Notes: generated from the sequence alone by a model not told the origin. Positions 47,944 to 58,573 are shown, counted from the stretch's first letter. The stretch is DNA of 64,000 nucleotides from Escherichia coli (GCF_050920415.1 NZ_CP169309.1); one strand, 5' to 3'. Numbers and translations are program-made.

Positions 47944-48228
47944 TTTGTCGCTCCATGCGCTTGCTCTTCATCTAGCGGTTAAAATATTACTTCAAATCTT
48001 TCTGTATGAAGATTTGAGCACGTTGGCCTTACATACATCTGTCGGTTGTATTTCCCTCCAGAATGCCAGCAGGACCGCACTTTGTTACACAACCAATACT
48101 ATTAATTGAAAACATTCCTAATATTTGACATAAATCATCAACAAAACACAAAGAGGTCAGACCAGATTGAAACGATAAAAACGATAATGCAAACTACGCG
48201 CCCTCGTATCACATGGAAGGTTTTACCA

Positions 48229-48639
48229 ATGGCTCAGGTTGCCATTTTTAAAGAAATATTCGATCAAGTGCGAAAAGATTTAAACTGTGAATTGTTTTAT
48301 TCTGAACTAAAACGTCACAATGTCTCACATTATATTTACTATCTAGCCACAGATAATATTCACATTGTGTTAGAAAACGATAACACTGTGTTAATAAAAG
48401 GACTTAAAAAGGTTGTAAATGTTAAATTCTCAAGAAATACGCATCTTATAGAAACGTCCTTTGATAGGTTGAAATCAAGAGAAATCACATTTCAGCAATA
48501 CAGGGAAAATCTTGCTAAAGCAGGAGTTTTCCGATGGGTTACAAATATCCACGAACATAAAAGATATTACTATACCTTTGATAATTCATTACTATTTACT
48601 GAGAGCATTCAGAACACTACACAAATCTTTCCACGCTAA
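48229..48639 (+). CDS. DUF1398-like protein (ybcV-like)
   Basis: Start chosen at the ATG with GGAAGG 10 nt upstream (136 aa); the ORF-track frame opens earlier at a TTG. Same position as DLP12 ybcV. Confidence 0.55.
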   Translation: MAQVAIFKEIFDQVRKDLNCELFYSELKRHNVSHYIYYLATDNIHIVLENDNTVLIKGLKKVVNVKFSRNTHLIETSFDRLKSREITFQQYRENLAKAGVFRWVTNIHEHKRYYYTFDNSLLFTESIQNTTQIFPR

Positions 48640-48929
48640 ATCATAACGTCCGGTTTCTTCCGTGTCAGCACCGGGGCGTTGGCATAATGCAATACGTGTA
48701 CGCGCTAAACCCTGTGTGCATCGTTTTTAATTATTCCCGGACACTCCCGCAGAGAAGTTCCCCGTCAGGGCTGTGGACATAGTTAATCCGGGAATACAAT
48801 GACGATTCATCGCACCTGACATACATTAATAAATATTAACAATATGAAATTTCAACTCATTGTTTAGGGTTTGTTTAATTTTCTACACATACGATTCTGC
48901 GAACTTCAAAAAGCATCGGGAATAACACC

Positions 48930-49223
48930 ATGAAAAAAATGCTACTCGCTACTGCGCTGGCCCTGCTTATTACAGGATGTGCTCAACAGACGTTTACTGT
49001 TCAAAACAAACAGACAGCAGTAGCACCAAAGGAAACCATCACCCATCATTTCTTCGTTTCTGGAATTGGGCAGAAGAAAACTGTCGATGCAGCCAAAATT
49101 TGTGGCGGCGCAGAAAATGTTGTTAAAACAGAAACCCAGCAAACATTCGTAAATGGATTGCTCGGTTTTATTACTTTAGGCATTTATACTCCGCTGGAAG
49201 CGCGTGTGTATTGCTCAAAATAA
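48930..49223 (+). CDS. bor: Bor lipoprotein (serum-resistance, lysogenic conversion)
   Basis: 97-aa ORF near-identical to lambda Bor (MKKMLLATALALLITGCAQQTFTVQNK...), lipobox LITGC; opposite to late genes as in lambda. Confidence 0.95.
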   Translation: MKKMLLATALALLITGCAQQTFTVQNKQTAVAPKETITHHFFVSGIGQKKTVDAAKICGGAENVVKTETQQTFVNGLLGFITLGIYTPLEARVYCSK

Positions 49224-49254
49224 TTGCATGAGTTGCCCATCGATATGGTCAGCT

Positions 49255-49716
49255 CTATCTGCACTGCTCATTAATATACTTCTGGGTTCCTTCCAGTTGT
49301 TTTTGCATAGTGATCAGCCTCTCTCTGAGGGTGAAATAATCCCGTTCAGCGGTGTCTGCCAGTCGGGGGGAGGCTGCATTATCCACGCCGGAGGCGGTGG
49401 TGGCTTCACGCACTGACTGACAGACTGCTTTGATGTGCAACCGACGACGACCAGCGGCAACATCATCACGCAGAGCATCATTTTCAGCTTTCGCATCAGC
49501 TAACTCCTTCGTGTATTTTGCATCGAGCGCAGCAACATCACGCTGACGCATCTGCATGTCAGTAATTGCCGCGTTCGCCAGCTTCAGTTCTCTGGCATTT
49601 TTGTCGCGCTGGGCTTTGTAGGTAATGGCGTTATCACGGTAATGATTAACAGCCCATGACAGGCAGACGATGATGCAGATAACCAGAGCGGAGATAATCG
49701 CGGTTACTCTGTTCAT
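49255..49716 (-). CDS. Rz: Spanin inner-membrane subunit Rz
   Basis: Matches lambda Rz from [28 protein letters not shown]...; 153 aa. Confidence 0.93.
   Translation of the reverse strand: MNRVTAIISALVICIIVCLSWAVNHYRDNAITYKAQRDKNARELKLANAAITDMQMRQRDVAALDAKYTKELADAKAENDALRDDVAAGRRRLHIKAVCQSVREATTASGVDNAASPRLADTAERDYFTLRERLITMQKQLEGTQKYINEQCR
49314..49496 (-). CDS. Rz1: Spanin outer-membrane lipoprotein Rz1 (embedded in Rz, +1 frame)
   Basis: 60-aa ORF matching lambda Rz1 ([59 protein letters not shown]). Confidence 0.9.
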   Translation of the reverse strand: MRKLKMMLCVMMLPLVVVGCTSKQSVSQCVKPPPPPAWIMQPPPDWQTPLNGIISPSERG

Positions 49717-50210
49717 TGCTGACCCCACAAACAGATTTCACGCTCAATCTCACGACGAGTCATGAGACCTTTCCATTGCTTACCGCCAGCATATGTCCAG
49801 CGACGTAGCTGATCACATGCGCCTTTGATATCGCCCTGGTTTATTTTGCGAAGAAGCGTCGATGTTCTGAAATTGCCAGCACCCACGTTGTAAACGAATG
49901 AGTAAAGAGCGCCGCGCATTGTTTCCGGTATATCGACTTTGATGTACGGGTTAATTTGTCTGGCGACCGTGGCAAGGTCTTTATTCAGGAGGGCTTTGCA
50001 TTCTGCTTTGGTATACGTTTTACCGAGCATGATGTCTTTTCCTGTATGCCCGTGACATACAGTCCATACACCAACAATATCTTTGTATGGTATGTAGCTG
50101 ACACCTTCCAGACCATCGTTACCACTTGGGCCAGTGATTAACACTGATGCTATAGCAATTGCTCCGCCACCAATAGCAGCAGCAACGGCTTTTCGTAATG
50201 ATGGAGGCAT
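49713..50210 (-). CDS. R: SAR endolysin (phage 21 R-type lysozyme)
   Basis: 165-aa ORF with N-terminal signal-anchor-release segment ([20 protein letters not shown]) and lysozyme core; rrrD / R21-like. Confidence 0.92.
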   Translation of the reverse strand: MPPSLRKAVAAAIGGGAIAIASVLITGPSGNDGLEGVSYIPYKDIVGVWTVCHGHTGKDIMLGKTYTKAECKALLNKDLATVARQINPYIKVDIPETMRGALYSFVYNVGAGNFRTSTLLRKINQGDIKGACDQLRRWTYAGGKQWKGLMTRREIEREICLWGQQ

Positions 50211-50425
50211 TATTCACCTCTCGCAGCCTTGCGCTTATCTTCTTTAATCTTGAAATAAAGGTTTGTCAGGTACGTCAGCAGGCCAAATACCAGGCTACCC
50301 AGCACACCTATTGCTGCCCACTGTGAGGGCGTGACTTTATCGAGCAGCTGTAAAAACCAGTAACCGGCACTACCTGCTGAGGTGCCATAGGCGACACCCG
50401 TTGTTAACTTATCCATGGATTTCAT
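50210..50425 (-). CDS. S: Class II holin / pinholin (phage 21 S-type)
   Basis: 71-aa ORF with two TM segments and dual-start N-terminus; essD / S21-like. Confidence 0.9.
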
Positions 50426-50998
50426 AACCCCACCTCGCAGACAAAGCGGGTGTAAATTGAGGGAATACTACGAAACGTAACAGACTCGGAGTCAGTGAAT
50501 AACTCAGGTATTGGGTTATCAGCTAATATCGAGACTCAAAAAATGGAAAAACCCGCTCGACGGCGGGTTTAAGCTGTGTGACGAAGTAACCACTCTTAAC
50601 AGCATAACCAATTTTTTACGTACGTAAACCACTAAATGATATTTGCGAGAATGCTACCGAGTATTGAAAACACCACTACAAATACATAAGCAAATCTCAA
50701 CAAATAACCAACAAATAATTTCCAGTGTTATTTTTAGCCGATTTAAATTGAACCTTCAAATTATAGAGCACTTATAAATAACAGCCGTTAATATAAATTG
50801 GCTAATAGATTTATTTTTATTCAGCCAAGAGCTATAAATAGGATTCGATAGAAAAAAGTTCAGATAAAAATAGAGATCTACTTCACAAATCAAACGAGAA
50901 ACCAAAACTTACATCTTGAAATAATCACATTGATTAGATGAATATTTATCGCGCAGTGACATCATTTTTTAATAATAGTTCAAAAAAAAGGGCTCACG

Positions 50999-52096
50999 AT
51001 GAAAAAATTAACAGTGGCAATTTCTGCTGTAGCTGCATCAGTACTGATGGCGATGTCTGCTCAGGCAGCTGAAATTTATAATAAAGACAGTAACAAGCTG
51101 GATCTGTACGGGAAAGTTAATGCTAAGCACTACTTCTCCTCTAATGATGCAGATGATGGTGATACTACTTATGCCCGTCTTGGCTTCAAAGGTGAAACCC
51201 AAATCAACGATCAGCTGACTGGTTTCGGTCAGTGGGAATATGAATTCAAAGGCAACCGCGCTGAATCTCAAGGTTCCTCCAAAGACAAAACCCGTCTTGC
51301 ATTTGCAGGCCTGAAATTCGGTGACTACGGCTCAATCGATTACGGCCGTAACTACGGTGTAGCATACGACATCGGTGCGTGGACTGACGTTCTGCCAGAA
51401 TTCGGTGGCGATACCTGGACCCAAACAGATGTGTTCATGACTGGTCGTACCACTGGTGTTGCAACCTATCGTAACAACGACTTCTTTGGTCTGGTTGATG
51501 GTCTGAACTTTGCTGCTCAGTACCAAGGCAAAAACGATCGTAGCGATTTCGATAACTACACTGAAGGTAACGGTGATGGCTTCGGTTTCTCTGCTACCTA
51601 TGAATACGAAGGATTCGGTATCGGTGCAACTTATGCGAAATCTGATCGTACCGACACTCAAGTTAATGCAGGGAAAGTTCTTCCTGAAGTATTTGCTTCC
51701 GGTAAAAATGCAGAAGTTTGGGCCGCAGGTCTGAAATATGACGCTAACAACATTTACCTGGCCACTACCTATTCTGAAACCCAGAATATGACTGTATTTG
51801 CTGATCACTTCGTTGCTAATAAAGCTCAAAACTTCGAAGCTGTTGCACAATATCAGTTCGATTTCGGTCTGCGTCCGTCCGTTGCTTACCTGCAATCTAA
51901 AGGTAAGGATCTTGGAGTATGGGGCGATCAGGACTTAGTCAAATATGTTGATGTAGGTGCAACCTATTACTTCAACAAAAATATGTCTACTTTCGTTGAT
52001 TACAAAATCAACCTGCTTGACAAAAATGACTTCACTAAAGCACTCGGTGTAAGCACTGATGACATCGTTGCTGTAGGTCTGGTTTACCAGTTCTAA
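50999..52096 (+). CDS. nmpC: Prophage-encoded general porin NmpC (OmpC/OmpF family)
   Basis: 365-aa ORF with signal peptide, porin beta-barrel signature and C-terminal Phe (VGLVYQF); between Q and the holin as in DLP12. Confidence 0.92.
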   Translation: MKKLTVAISAVAASVLMAMSAQAAEIYNKDSNKLDLYGKVNAKHYFSSNDADDGDTTYARLGFKGETQINDQLTGFGQWEYEFKGNRAESQGSSKDKTRLAFAGLKFGDYGSIDYGRNYGVAYDIGAWTDVLPEFGGDTWTQTDVFMTGRTTGVATYRNNDFFGLVDGLNFAAQYQGKNDRSDFDNYTEGNGDGFGFSATYEYEGFGIGATYAKSDRTDTQVNAGKVLPEVFASGKNAEVWAAGLKYDANNIYLATTYSETQNMTVFADHFVANKAQNFEAVAQYQFDFGLRPSVAYLQSKGKDLGVWGDQDLVKYVDVGATYYFNKNMSTFVDYKINLLDKNDFTKALGVSTDDIVAVGLVYQF

Positions 52097-52234
52097 TCTG
52101 ATTACGAAAAAGATATGTTGCGGGAGGCTTTGCCTCCCCAACATATAAGTGGCTCCCTCAAGCCACTTCCTTTAGGAGCACAACCTTGCTTCTAACTATA
52201 TAAACCTTCTGTTATATATTACCCTTTATTTTTG

Positions 52235-52258
52235 GGGGCGTTGCAACGCCCCATTTTT
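52235..52258 (+). terminator. Intrinsic terminator downstream of nmpC
   Basis: Perfect palindrome GGGGCGTTGCAACGCCCC followed by ATTTTT. Confidence 0.6.
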
Positions 52259-52285
52259 AATAACTTTTAGTAAACAACTGGCATA

Positions 52286-52669
52286 TTAATTAGAGTTATT
52301 AACAACGATATCCATCTCTAACCGGATATCTAATGCCATTAACATCCCTTCAATTATACCCTCAGCCTTCTGTAACCTTTTCCCGATATAACCATCAGAG
52401 CAGCAATGCTTACCTGCCAGTGACATGAATGTCATACCGACTACATAATAATCTACTAATAAATCGTGCAAATCGCTGTTGTTCTTTTTCAGACGGGCCA
52501 TGCACCCGCAAATGATCATCGCGTCATCGTCACAACATTGCGGGCGAGATTTTACTTTTGAAGTAATTAATCCCTTAAAACCGGCGGCAATGGACGACCA
52601 GGTCACATCTTCATGATTATTAGCCGCCCACGCTCCCCAACGCTCAAGAACCATCTGAATATCACGCAT
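52286..52669 (-). CDS. Q: Late-gene antiterminator Q (quuD / phage 82 type)
   Basis: Matches DLP12 QuuD from [26 protein letters not shown]...; 127 aa (ORF-track frame starts 5 codons earlier). Confidence 0.9.
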   Translation of the reverse strand: MRDIQMVLERWGAWAANNHEDVTWSSIAAGFKGLITSKVKSRPQCCDDDAMIICGCMARLKKNNSDLHDLLVDYYVVGMTFMSLAGKHCCSDGYIGKRLQKAEGIIEGMLMALDIRLEMDIVVNNSN

Positions 52670-52754
52670 CAACTTACTCCACAAAAATCAGACCAGAACG
52701 CCAATTACAAGCAAAAATCAACAAAATAGTATTAGTTGATTGTTATCTCTGACT

Positions 52755-52895
52755 TCATACTCCTGCTCCTGTCAGGGTTTTGGCGTAATTCTTCAGTATC
52801 CGGTAATCGGTCAAAACAGAACCAGGAAAACGATATAAGCGCAGGCGCACCCAGCGGCGGCGAAGACGCTCTGCCATATAAGACTCAAACATCAT
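52755..52895 (-). CDS. ylcG: Small protein YlcG (46 aa)
   Basis: Hand-translated: [49 protein letters not shown] overlaps the rusA stop (ATGA). Confidence 0.75.
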   Translation of the reverse strand: MMFESYMAERLRRRWVRLRLYRFPGSVLTDYRILKNYAKTLTGAGV

Positions 52896-53254
52896 TCATT
52901 CCCCATTTCGGTGATGGTCAGTTCCAGCCTCCCACCTTTGGTAACAGGCATCTTCACAACGCGGTAATCAACGACCTGAGCATCATCCAGCCAGAAACCT
53001 GCTTTGGTGAGTGCGTCAAAAGCGGCCTTTTGCAGATTATCCAGGTCACGGCGACGGCGATCCGGCATGTGGCACTCAATACGGATTTTCACTGGCATAG
53101 CCAGGCCGATATCCAGCATTGCGTTTTTAATGATTCGGGTGACGTTATCGCGGTATGCCTGCCCTTCTGCGCTGATGTGTGTGCGCCCGCGATTATGGCG
53201 GTAATAGCGGTTATTGCTCGGAGGCCAGGGTAGTGTGATGTGGTAAGTATTCAC
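52892..53254 (-). CDS. rusA: Holliday junction resolvase RusA
   Basis: Matches RusA from the GTG start (.[25 protein letters not shown]...); 120 aa. Confidence 0.9.
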   Translation of the reverse strand: MNTYHITLPWPPSNNRYYRHNRGRTHISAEGQAYRDNVTRIIKNAMLDIGLAMPVKIRIECHMPDRRRRDLDNLQKAAFDALTKAGFWLDDAQVVDYRVVKMPVTKGGRLELTITEMGNE

Positions 53255-53541
53255 GCCTTGATTACCCCCTCTTTCAGCCAGATAACCTGCGTTCTCGCCA
53301 TACCTTCCAGCGCGCATTCTTTTGCGTACTCAGCATCGACAAAATGCGTGCGGCGGTCGATTTCGTCGTGACAGGCAGAACAGGCAATGGTGGCAATAAG
53401 GTCTGGCGGTTTAATACCGGTGCCGCACAATCCAGCCAGCCGGATATGTGCCAGTACAGACGTTTCAGGGTTGCCATTACATACGCCAGTGATTCTTACC
53501 TGGCATTCCCGACCACGCGCTGCTTTTCTCAAATCAGCCAT
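53251..53541 (-). CDS. ybcO: YbcO (DUF1364, putative nuclease)
   Basis: Matches YbcO from [17 protein letters not shown]...; 96 aa; Cys-rich. Confidence 0.85.
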   Translation of the reverse strand: MADLRKAARGRECQVRITGVCNGNPETSVLAHIRLAGLCGTGIKPPDLIATIACSACHDEIDRRTHFVDAEYAKECALEGMARTQVIWLKEGVIKA

Positions 53542-53704
53542 GATTCCTCCTTGCTGCCAGTCGCAACCATTTTTTATCAACCAGGCTAGCGGTATATCCG
53601 AGCAGTGTTGGTATTTCGGATGGCTTCAGCTCAGGCTTACGCTTACGACGATTTGGTACTCTGTAGATGTGTCCGTTCATGACACGAATAAGCGGTGTAG
53701 CCAT
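53534..53704 (-). CDS. ninE: NinE
   Basis: Hand-translated 56-aa [59 protein letters not shown]; overlaps ybcN stop and ybcO start. Confidence 0.85.
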   Translation of the reverse strand: MATPLIRVMNGHIYRVPNRRKRKPELKPSEIPTLLGYTASLVDKKWLRLAARRNHG

Positions 53705-54159
53705 TACGCCTCCTGCTTGTCGCGCAGCAGCTGGAACTCGCAGCTCTGCGGAATAGTCAGGTGGCAGCCAATATTCATCGCCCAGGCTTCAACCTTACAC
53801 AGGAAGACATACATCTCTCCGGTATCAAGATCGGAAGTATGGCGTAACGACTGGATAGTAGTGATTTCGCCGGTTACGACATCAACCAGGTCCTTGGTTT
53901 CATAACCGAGGTATGTGTGTTTGAGAGCATCTTTTACCCAAGCTGGAGTGGCGAACGTTTTACCCCTGCTGATGAGGTATTCACTGATTTCGCTGTACCA
54001 CATGTGGCTGAGTGCATTCTGGGAAAGACTGCGTTTCTCACGCCACGGTTTAAGCACCATGCGAAAGCATTTGCCTTCCTCCAGATAAGGCTGGATCTGC
54101 TGGCCGATAGCGGTGAAGTTACCACGATGCAATTTGATGCCGTCTTGTGGGAGGTTCAC
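53704..54159 (-). CDS. ybcN: YbcN (NinB-position protein)
   Basis: 151-aa ORF with GTG start, matching DLP12 YbcN length and position. Confidence 0.85.
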   Translation of the reverse strand: MNLPQDGIKLHRGNFTAIGQQIQPYLEEGKCFRMVLKPWREKRSLSQNALSHMWYSEISEYLISRGKTFATPAWVKDALKHTYLGYETKDLVDVVTGEITTIQSLRHTSDLDTGEMYVFLCKVEAWAMNIGCHLTIPQSCEFQLLRDKQEA

Positions 54160-54189
54160 GCTTCACCTCCGCAGAGGTCAAACGCTGGA

Positions 54190-54277
54190 TGCAAAAAATC
54201 GCAGGTGCATCTCTGCATCTGTGAAGGGAGAAGAGAGTTTGGATTGTATGTGCGCATAAACGTCCCCGTTTAGCGCA
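54190..54277. repeat. 88-bp direct repeat, copy 1 (upstream of ybcN)
   Basis: About 93% identical to 56124-56211; contains hairpin GCGCATAAACG-TCCCC-GTTTAGCGC. Confidence 0.85.
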
Positions 54278-54353
54278 GAAGTCACCGGAGTTGTTCAAGC
54301 TCCAATGGCATGATTATGGCTGGTTGATTATTGGAAATCAAATGTGCTGAAAA

Positions 54354-54863
54354 TTAGTCTGCCAAGTCTTCCTCAGTCGCAACTGGGTAATTCCAAATAT
54401 CAAAAAAAGCTATAGCCTCCTGCCATTTGCTCCATAAGTTATCAAGTACTTGTGTAGGTTCCGTACTTTTAAAAACAGAATCAGCCGCATCACCGTTATG
54501 AACTTCCTCGTACAGTTCCATTATTAGCAGATTAACAAAGTACTGTTTCAACATTAATGCCTGATTACCTTCTTTCTGCTGGCTATCCTGCTTGATGAGC
54601 TCCATCGCCCGTACTAGGCACCTGATGATATCCGCTGCATCATTAACGCTCCATTCAGATCCGCGCTTATCTTTAGCTGATGAATTGGCTCTCTCAGCGC
54701 AAGCCTTTAAAGACTCATAAAGGTAAACTCTATTTTGTAGCTGCAGCGCTTTTTTTGACGTGCACCAACTTGCAAGCGCCGACCCCGCTGCGGCTAATGT
54801 GCCAAACGCAGAAATGCCTGCTGCTATTGCACTTAAGTCGGCACTGTCAAAGTTCCACATCAT
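54354..54863 (-). CDS. Hypothetical 169-aa protein with hydrophobic N-terminal segment
   Basis: Low-GC ORF; N-terminal hydrophobic stretch LSAIAAGISAFGTLAAAGSALASW; no recognised domain. Confidence 0.5.
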   Translation of the reverse strand: MMWNFDSADLSAIAAGISAFGTLAAAGSALASWCTSKKALQLQNRVYLYESLKACAERANSSAKDKRGSEWSVNDAADIIRCLVRAMELIKQDSQQKEGNQALMLKQYFVNLLIMELYEEVHNGDAADSVFKSTEPTQVLDNLWSKWQEAIAFFDIWNYPVATEEDLAD

Positions 54864-55098
54864 CGTTACACCTTATATAAACACCCCTCAGTAATATCCA
54901 ATAAGGTATGTGAACAATCAATATAATTTATATCCGTATCGGCACATAGCGATTTTAATGCTACTGATAATGGTATCTTTTAGATTATATCGTCCAGTTC
55001 CAGTACCCGTATTTTATGAAATGGACTCGCACATTACCAAAAAAAATGCCAGCACTTCCGTCATCGCAGAATGCTGGCAGTATTTCTAACTAGTGACT

Positions 55099-55707
55099 TT
55101 ATTGCAACAGATTCTGACGGAAATATGGTAACACACGACTCCACTTATCATCCTGCCACGGTTGGAATTTTACATGCGCCGTTTCTCTGGCAAGGATTTC
55201 TCGCGCCCTGTTGAGTATCCGAGGATATTCTTGTTCGATTGAAGTGAATCTACCTGCTTCGCGATGCTCTGCGACCTGAAGAAGGGGCGTAACGTTCTGG
55301 CAGGCGGTTAACATCGTATCACTTGCTCGCCATAACCAGGCGAGTGTGCAAAGTTCGTTATCAGTGAATTGTTTTGTGATTGGGGATTGTTGAACTTCTC
55401 GATCGAGAATATCCAGAACCCAGCGGCGGAATTCTTTGGCCACAGGAGTACGAGCAAACATGGCGATCAAATGGGCTCCGCGAAGGCTAAATACTCGAGA
55501 CTCCTGCATTCCACGAGGGGTGGTCACTTTGACCACCCTTGTCATCATATCTGTGAATTCATCTGAGTGCCGAGAGTAAATGCGCTGAACTGCTTTATCG
55601 TCCGCATATTCCAGTGCTAAACCAACTTCAGTGGCAGTAAGCCAAATTCTGTTATTGTGGCAAATCGGGGTAAACGTCGTTTTGTGGAATGCTAATTGAG
55701 TAGTCAT
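55099..55707 (-). CDS. Bro-N domain phage antirepressor-like protein
   Basis: 202-aa ORF; N-terminal region (HNNRIWLTATEVGLALEY...RVFSLRGAHLIAM) resembles Bro-N. Confidence 0.7.
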   Translation of the reverse strand: MTTQLAFHKTTFTPICHNNRIWLTATEVGLALEYADDKAVQRIYSRHSDEFTDMMTRVVKVTTPRGMQESRVFSLRGAHLIAMFARTPVAKEFRRWVLDILDREVQQSPITKQFTDNELCTLAWLWRASDTMLTACQNVTPLLQVAEHREAGRFTSIEQEYPRILNRAREILARETAHVKFQPWQDDKWSRVLPYFRQNLLQ

Positions 55708-56123
55708 AGTATCACCTCATCAGGTTAACCATCACCACCAACGACGCCAATCGACTGGTGGTGAACTGTGTAAGGTTGGCGTAACCGGCTACTCAAACCC
55801 GGCGCTTCCGAAGAAGCCCTCACACAGCCCACCATAATTTGGGCATAGCCGTGCTTAGCGCACAAAAAAACCGCTTAACGCGGTATGCGTTGAGTAGTAT
55901 CCCGGGACGCCAATCCCGTGTGCCGATTTTGCGGCAACGCACAGAATATAGCGCCGGATAAATCATGTCGTCAACCCCAGTAAATGGACACCATGATGAT
56001 CACAGCCATAGCTGCTACAACAGTTACAACTACCTCAGGCCAAAACATAACGATTTCCATATCACCTTTAGCCGCCAGACGAATAGAGACTCCCAATTCT
56101 GGCTGTCGAAGTAAAACACCGAA

Positions 56124-56211
56124 TGTAAAAAATCGTAGGTGCATTTCTGCATCTGTGAATGGAGATGAGAGTTTGGATTGTGTGTGCGCATAAACGTCCC
56201 CGTTTAGCGCA
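56124..56211. repeat. 88-bp direct repeat, copy 2 (upstream of the Bro-N module)
   Basis: Near-identical to 54190-54277 with 6 mismatches. Confidence 0.85.
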
Positions 56212-56519
56212 ACCCCACCACCGGGTGTTCAGGCCGACAGTAACTATATTATTCCCTACTGATTTTTGAAAATCAAAGGTCTTTATACGTCACACGAGAG
56301 CAAATATTTCCGAAGAAGAAACCTTTCGCCTTGAAAGGATAAAGAGTTCATTTCATAAATTGAAATATTCAATAAGAATATTGCAAAAAATGAAATTATT
56401 TACTAGCGAGTCTATCTAACTGATAATTATGAAGATTGTAAGCGGTAGCAATCACCCGCATACACATTGAACAGGATTTAATACAAAACGTCTTAAATTG
56501 TCCGTAAGGAATAGCACGA

Positions 56520-58022
56520 ATGACTCAAACTCCTCTATTACTTGCAATCATATTTTTATTGGTTGTTCTTGTTCTTTATATAGCTGCAATCAAACGCATC
56601 AAAAAAATACAATTAGAATTAAGTGATAGCAATCAAAAAAATGAAGAATACAAATCTCGCTTTGCAGATTATTTTAATGTAGAAGAAGAATGTAAGAAGC
56701 TTATTGAGAAAACAGAGCAAGAATGCTCCATAATAAAAGAAGAATCCCTAAAAGTAAAAGAAAATGCCAATAATGAACTAACAAACACCATTGAAAAAAT
56801 GGATGGTATCAATAAACAAATCCAAGAGCTAAGAAGAACTTATAAAGAGAAGAAAGAAATATATGATAAACTAGTAAGGCAAATTTCTATTTATTCAGAA
56901 GATGTTGAGCTAGCCGAACTAGGATTTTACGAACCTCATTTTAATTTTGAAGATTCAGAGCAATTTAAAAACAAAATAAAATCCATCAGGGATGAACAGA
57001 AATTAATGCTGCGGGATAAAACCCACTCTGGCGCAGTATATTGTACAACCCAATGGACTGTTGAAGGCTCTCGAGCAGAGGGTAAAAAAATGACAGACAG
57101 AAATATCAGGCTAACTACTAGAGCATTTAATAATGAATGTGATGCTGCAATTAGCAATTGCACGTGGAAAAACATCACTAAAATGGAAGAACGCATCACA
57201 AAGGCATTTGAGGCCATAAATAAACTAAACGAGCAAAATCACATATATATAAACACTAAATACCTCAATAAAAAACTTGAGGAATTGTGGCTTACCCATG
57301 AATATCGTGAGCAAAAACAGAAAGAAAAAGAAGAACAGGCAGAAATAAGGGCACAAATGAGAGAGGAGGAGCGTGCACAACGAGAAATAGAAAAGGCCAT
57401 GCAAGACGCAGAGGCAGAAGAGCGCCGTTATAAAAAAGCAATTGAAGCTGCAAGAAAGGAAATGGAAAAAGTTACTGGTGACATGAAGCAGCGCCTCGAA
57501 AATCGCATTGCCGAACTAGAACAGAGTTTGTCGCAGGCTGAATCAAAGCATCAAAGAGCATTATCCATGGCACAACAAACCAAACAAGGTCATGTTTATA
57601 TTATTTCGAACATAGGTTCTTTTGGGGAGAATGTTTATAAAATAGGCATGACACGACGTCTTGATCCGCAAGACCGTGTAAATGAGCTCGGTGATGCATC
57701 TGTTCCTTTTATTTTTGATGTACATGCCATGATTTATTCGGAGGACGCTCCATCATTAGAAAAAAAACTACATGATGTCTTCGATAAAAAGAGAGTCAAT
57801 CTTGTAAATCGTAGAAAAGAGTTTTTCTATGTTACTCTGGATGAGATCAAAGAAGCTGTTAAAAAACACTCTGATTCAGAAATTGAATTTATTGAGACAG
57901 CAGTCGCAAAAGACTTTAATGAGTCATTGGCTATTCGTAATCATGAAAATAAAAAAAGTGACAACAGCAACTCATCAATTATACCTGAGCGAAAAACCCC
58001 AGAGTTTGCAGATGCAATTTAA
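56520..58022 (+). CDS. Membrane-anchored coiled-coil protein with C-terminal T5orf172 (GIY-YIG-like) domain; DUF4041-like architecture
   Basis: 500-aa ORF, AAGGA 8 nt before the ATG; N-terminal TM helix (LLLAIIFLLVVLVLYIAAI), long K/E/Q-rich coiled-coil, C-terminal block VYIISNIGSFGENVYKIGMTRRLDPQDRVNELGDASVPF...LEKKLHDVFDKKRVN. Opposite strand to all neighbours. Confidence 0.7.
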   Translation: MTQTPLLLAIIFLLVVLVLYIAAIKRIKKIQLELSDSNQKNEEYKSRFADYFNVEEECKKLIEKTEQECSIIKEESLKVKENANNELTNTIEKMDGINKQIQELRRTYKEKKEIYDKLVRQISIYSEDVELAELGFYEPHFNFEDSEQFKNKIKSIRDEQKLMLRDKTHSGAVYCTTQWTVEGSRAEGKKMTDRNIRLTTRAFNNECDAAISNCTWKNITKMEERITKAFEAINKLNEQNHIYINTKYLNKKLEELWLTHEYREQKQKEKEEQAEIRAQMREEERAQREIEKAMQDAEAEERRYKKAIEAARKEMEKVTGDMKQRLENRIAELEQSLSQAESKHQRALSMAQQTKQGHVYIISNIGSFGENVYKIGMTRRLDPQDRVNELGDASVPFIFDVHAMIYSEDAPSLEKKLHDVFDKKRVNLVNRRKEFFYVTLDEIKEAVKKHSDSEIEFIETAVAKDFNESLAIRNHENKKSDNSNSSIIPERKTPEFADAI

Positions 58023-58270
58023 TTAATTTGTAGTAGCAATAAAGCAGGCATCGTTGAGAATATTTTGTCAGCGATGCTTACTTCTCTAACAAAAACGGTG
58101 ATTACCAACGAACTAACGGACTTCAGGTAATCATAAGACAAATGGAACGACTCTCCGGTGATTAGATCCCTGCAATAACAGTAATTTTCTACTAACTGAA
58201 AAATCTTTAACTGCCGCTCCTATTTCTAAGCTGACTGCTAGATTACATGGTGTGTTACCGATGAAAACCG

Positions 58271-58573
58271 TCACAGCAAGTTTAAGTTCATATCTCCATA
58301 CACTGCCAACACTCGTTTCATCGCGGCACTCTGGCGACACTCCTTGAAAATCAGATTCGTGCTCACCTTTCCTTCCCGTTCTTCCCTGGTAGCGAACCGG
58401 TAATACACCGTTCGCCAGACCTTACCATCAACGACCAAGATTCCTGCCCGTGCCATTTTAGCCGCAGCCTGATTTATACTGGTTACTGTTGCGCCTGTTA
58501 CCGCAGCAACGTCCTGCGCACAGAAGCTCTTATGCGTCCCCAGGTAATGAATAATTGCCTCTTTGCCCGTCAT
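58271..58573 (-). CDS. ren: Ren
   Basis: 100-aa ORF matching lambda Ren (MTGKEAIIHYLGTH.SFCA.DVAA.TGATVTSINQAAAKMARAG...). Confidence 0.9.
   Translation of the reverse strand: MTGKEAIIHYLGTHKSFCAQDVAAVTGATVTSINQAAAKMARAGILVVDGKVWRTVYYRFATREEREGKVSTNLIFKECRQSAAMKRVLAVYGDMNLNLL

Noticed and set aside
52736-53233. 165-aa plus-strand ORF overlapping ylcG and rusA
   Set aside because: Antisense to two genes with clear homology (rusA, ylcG) that are tightly translationally coupled.
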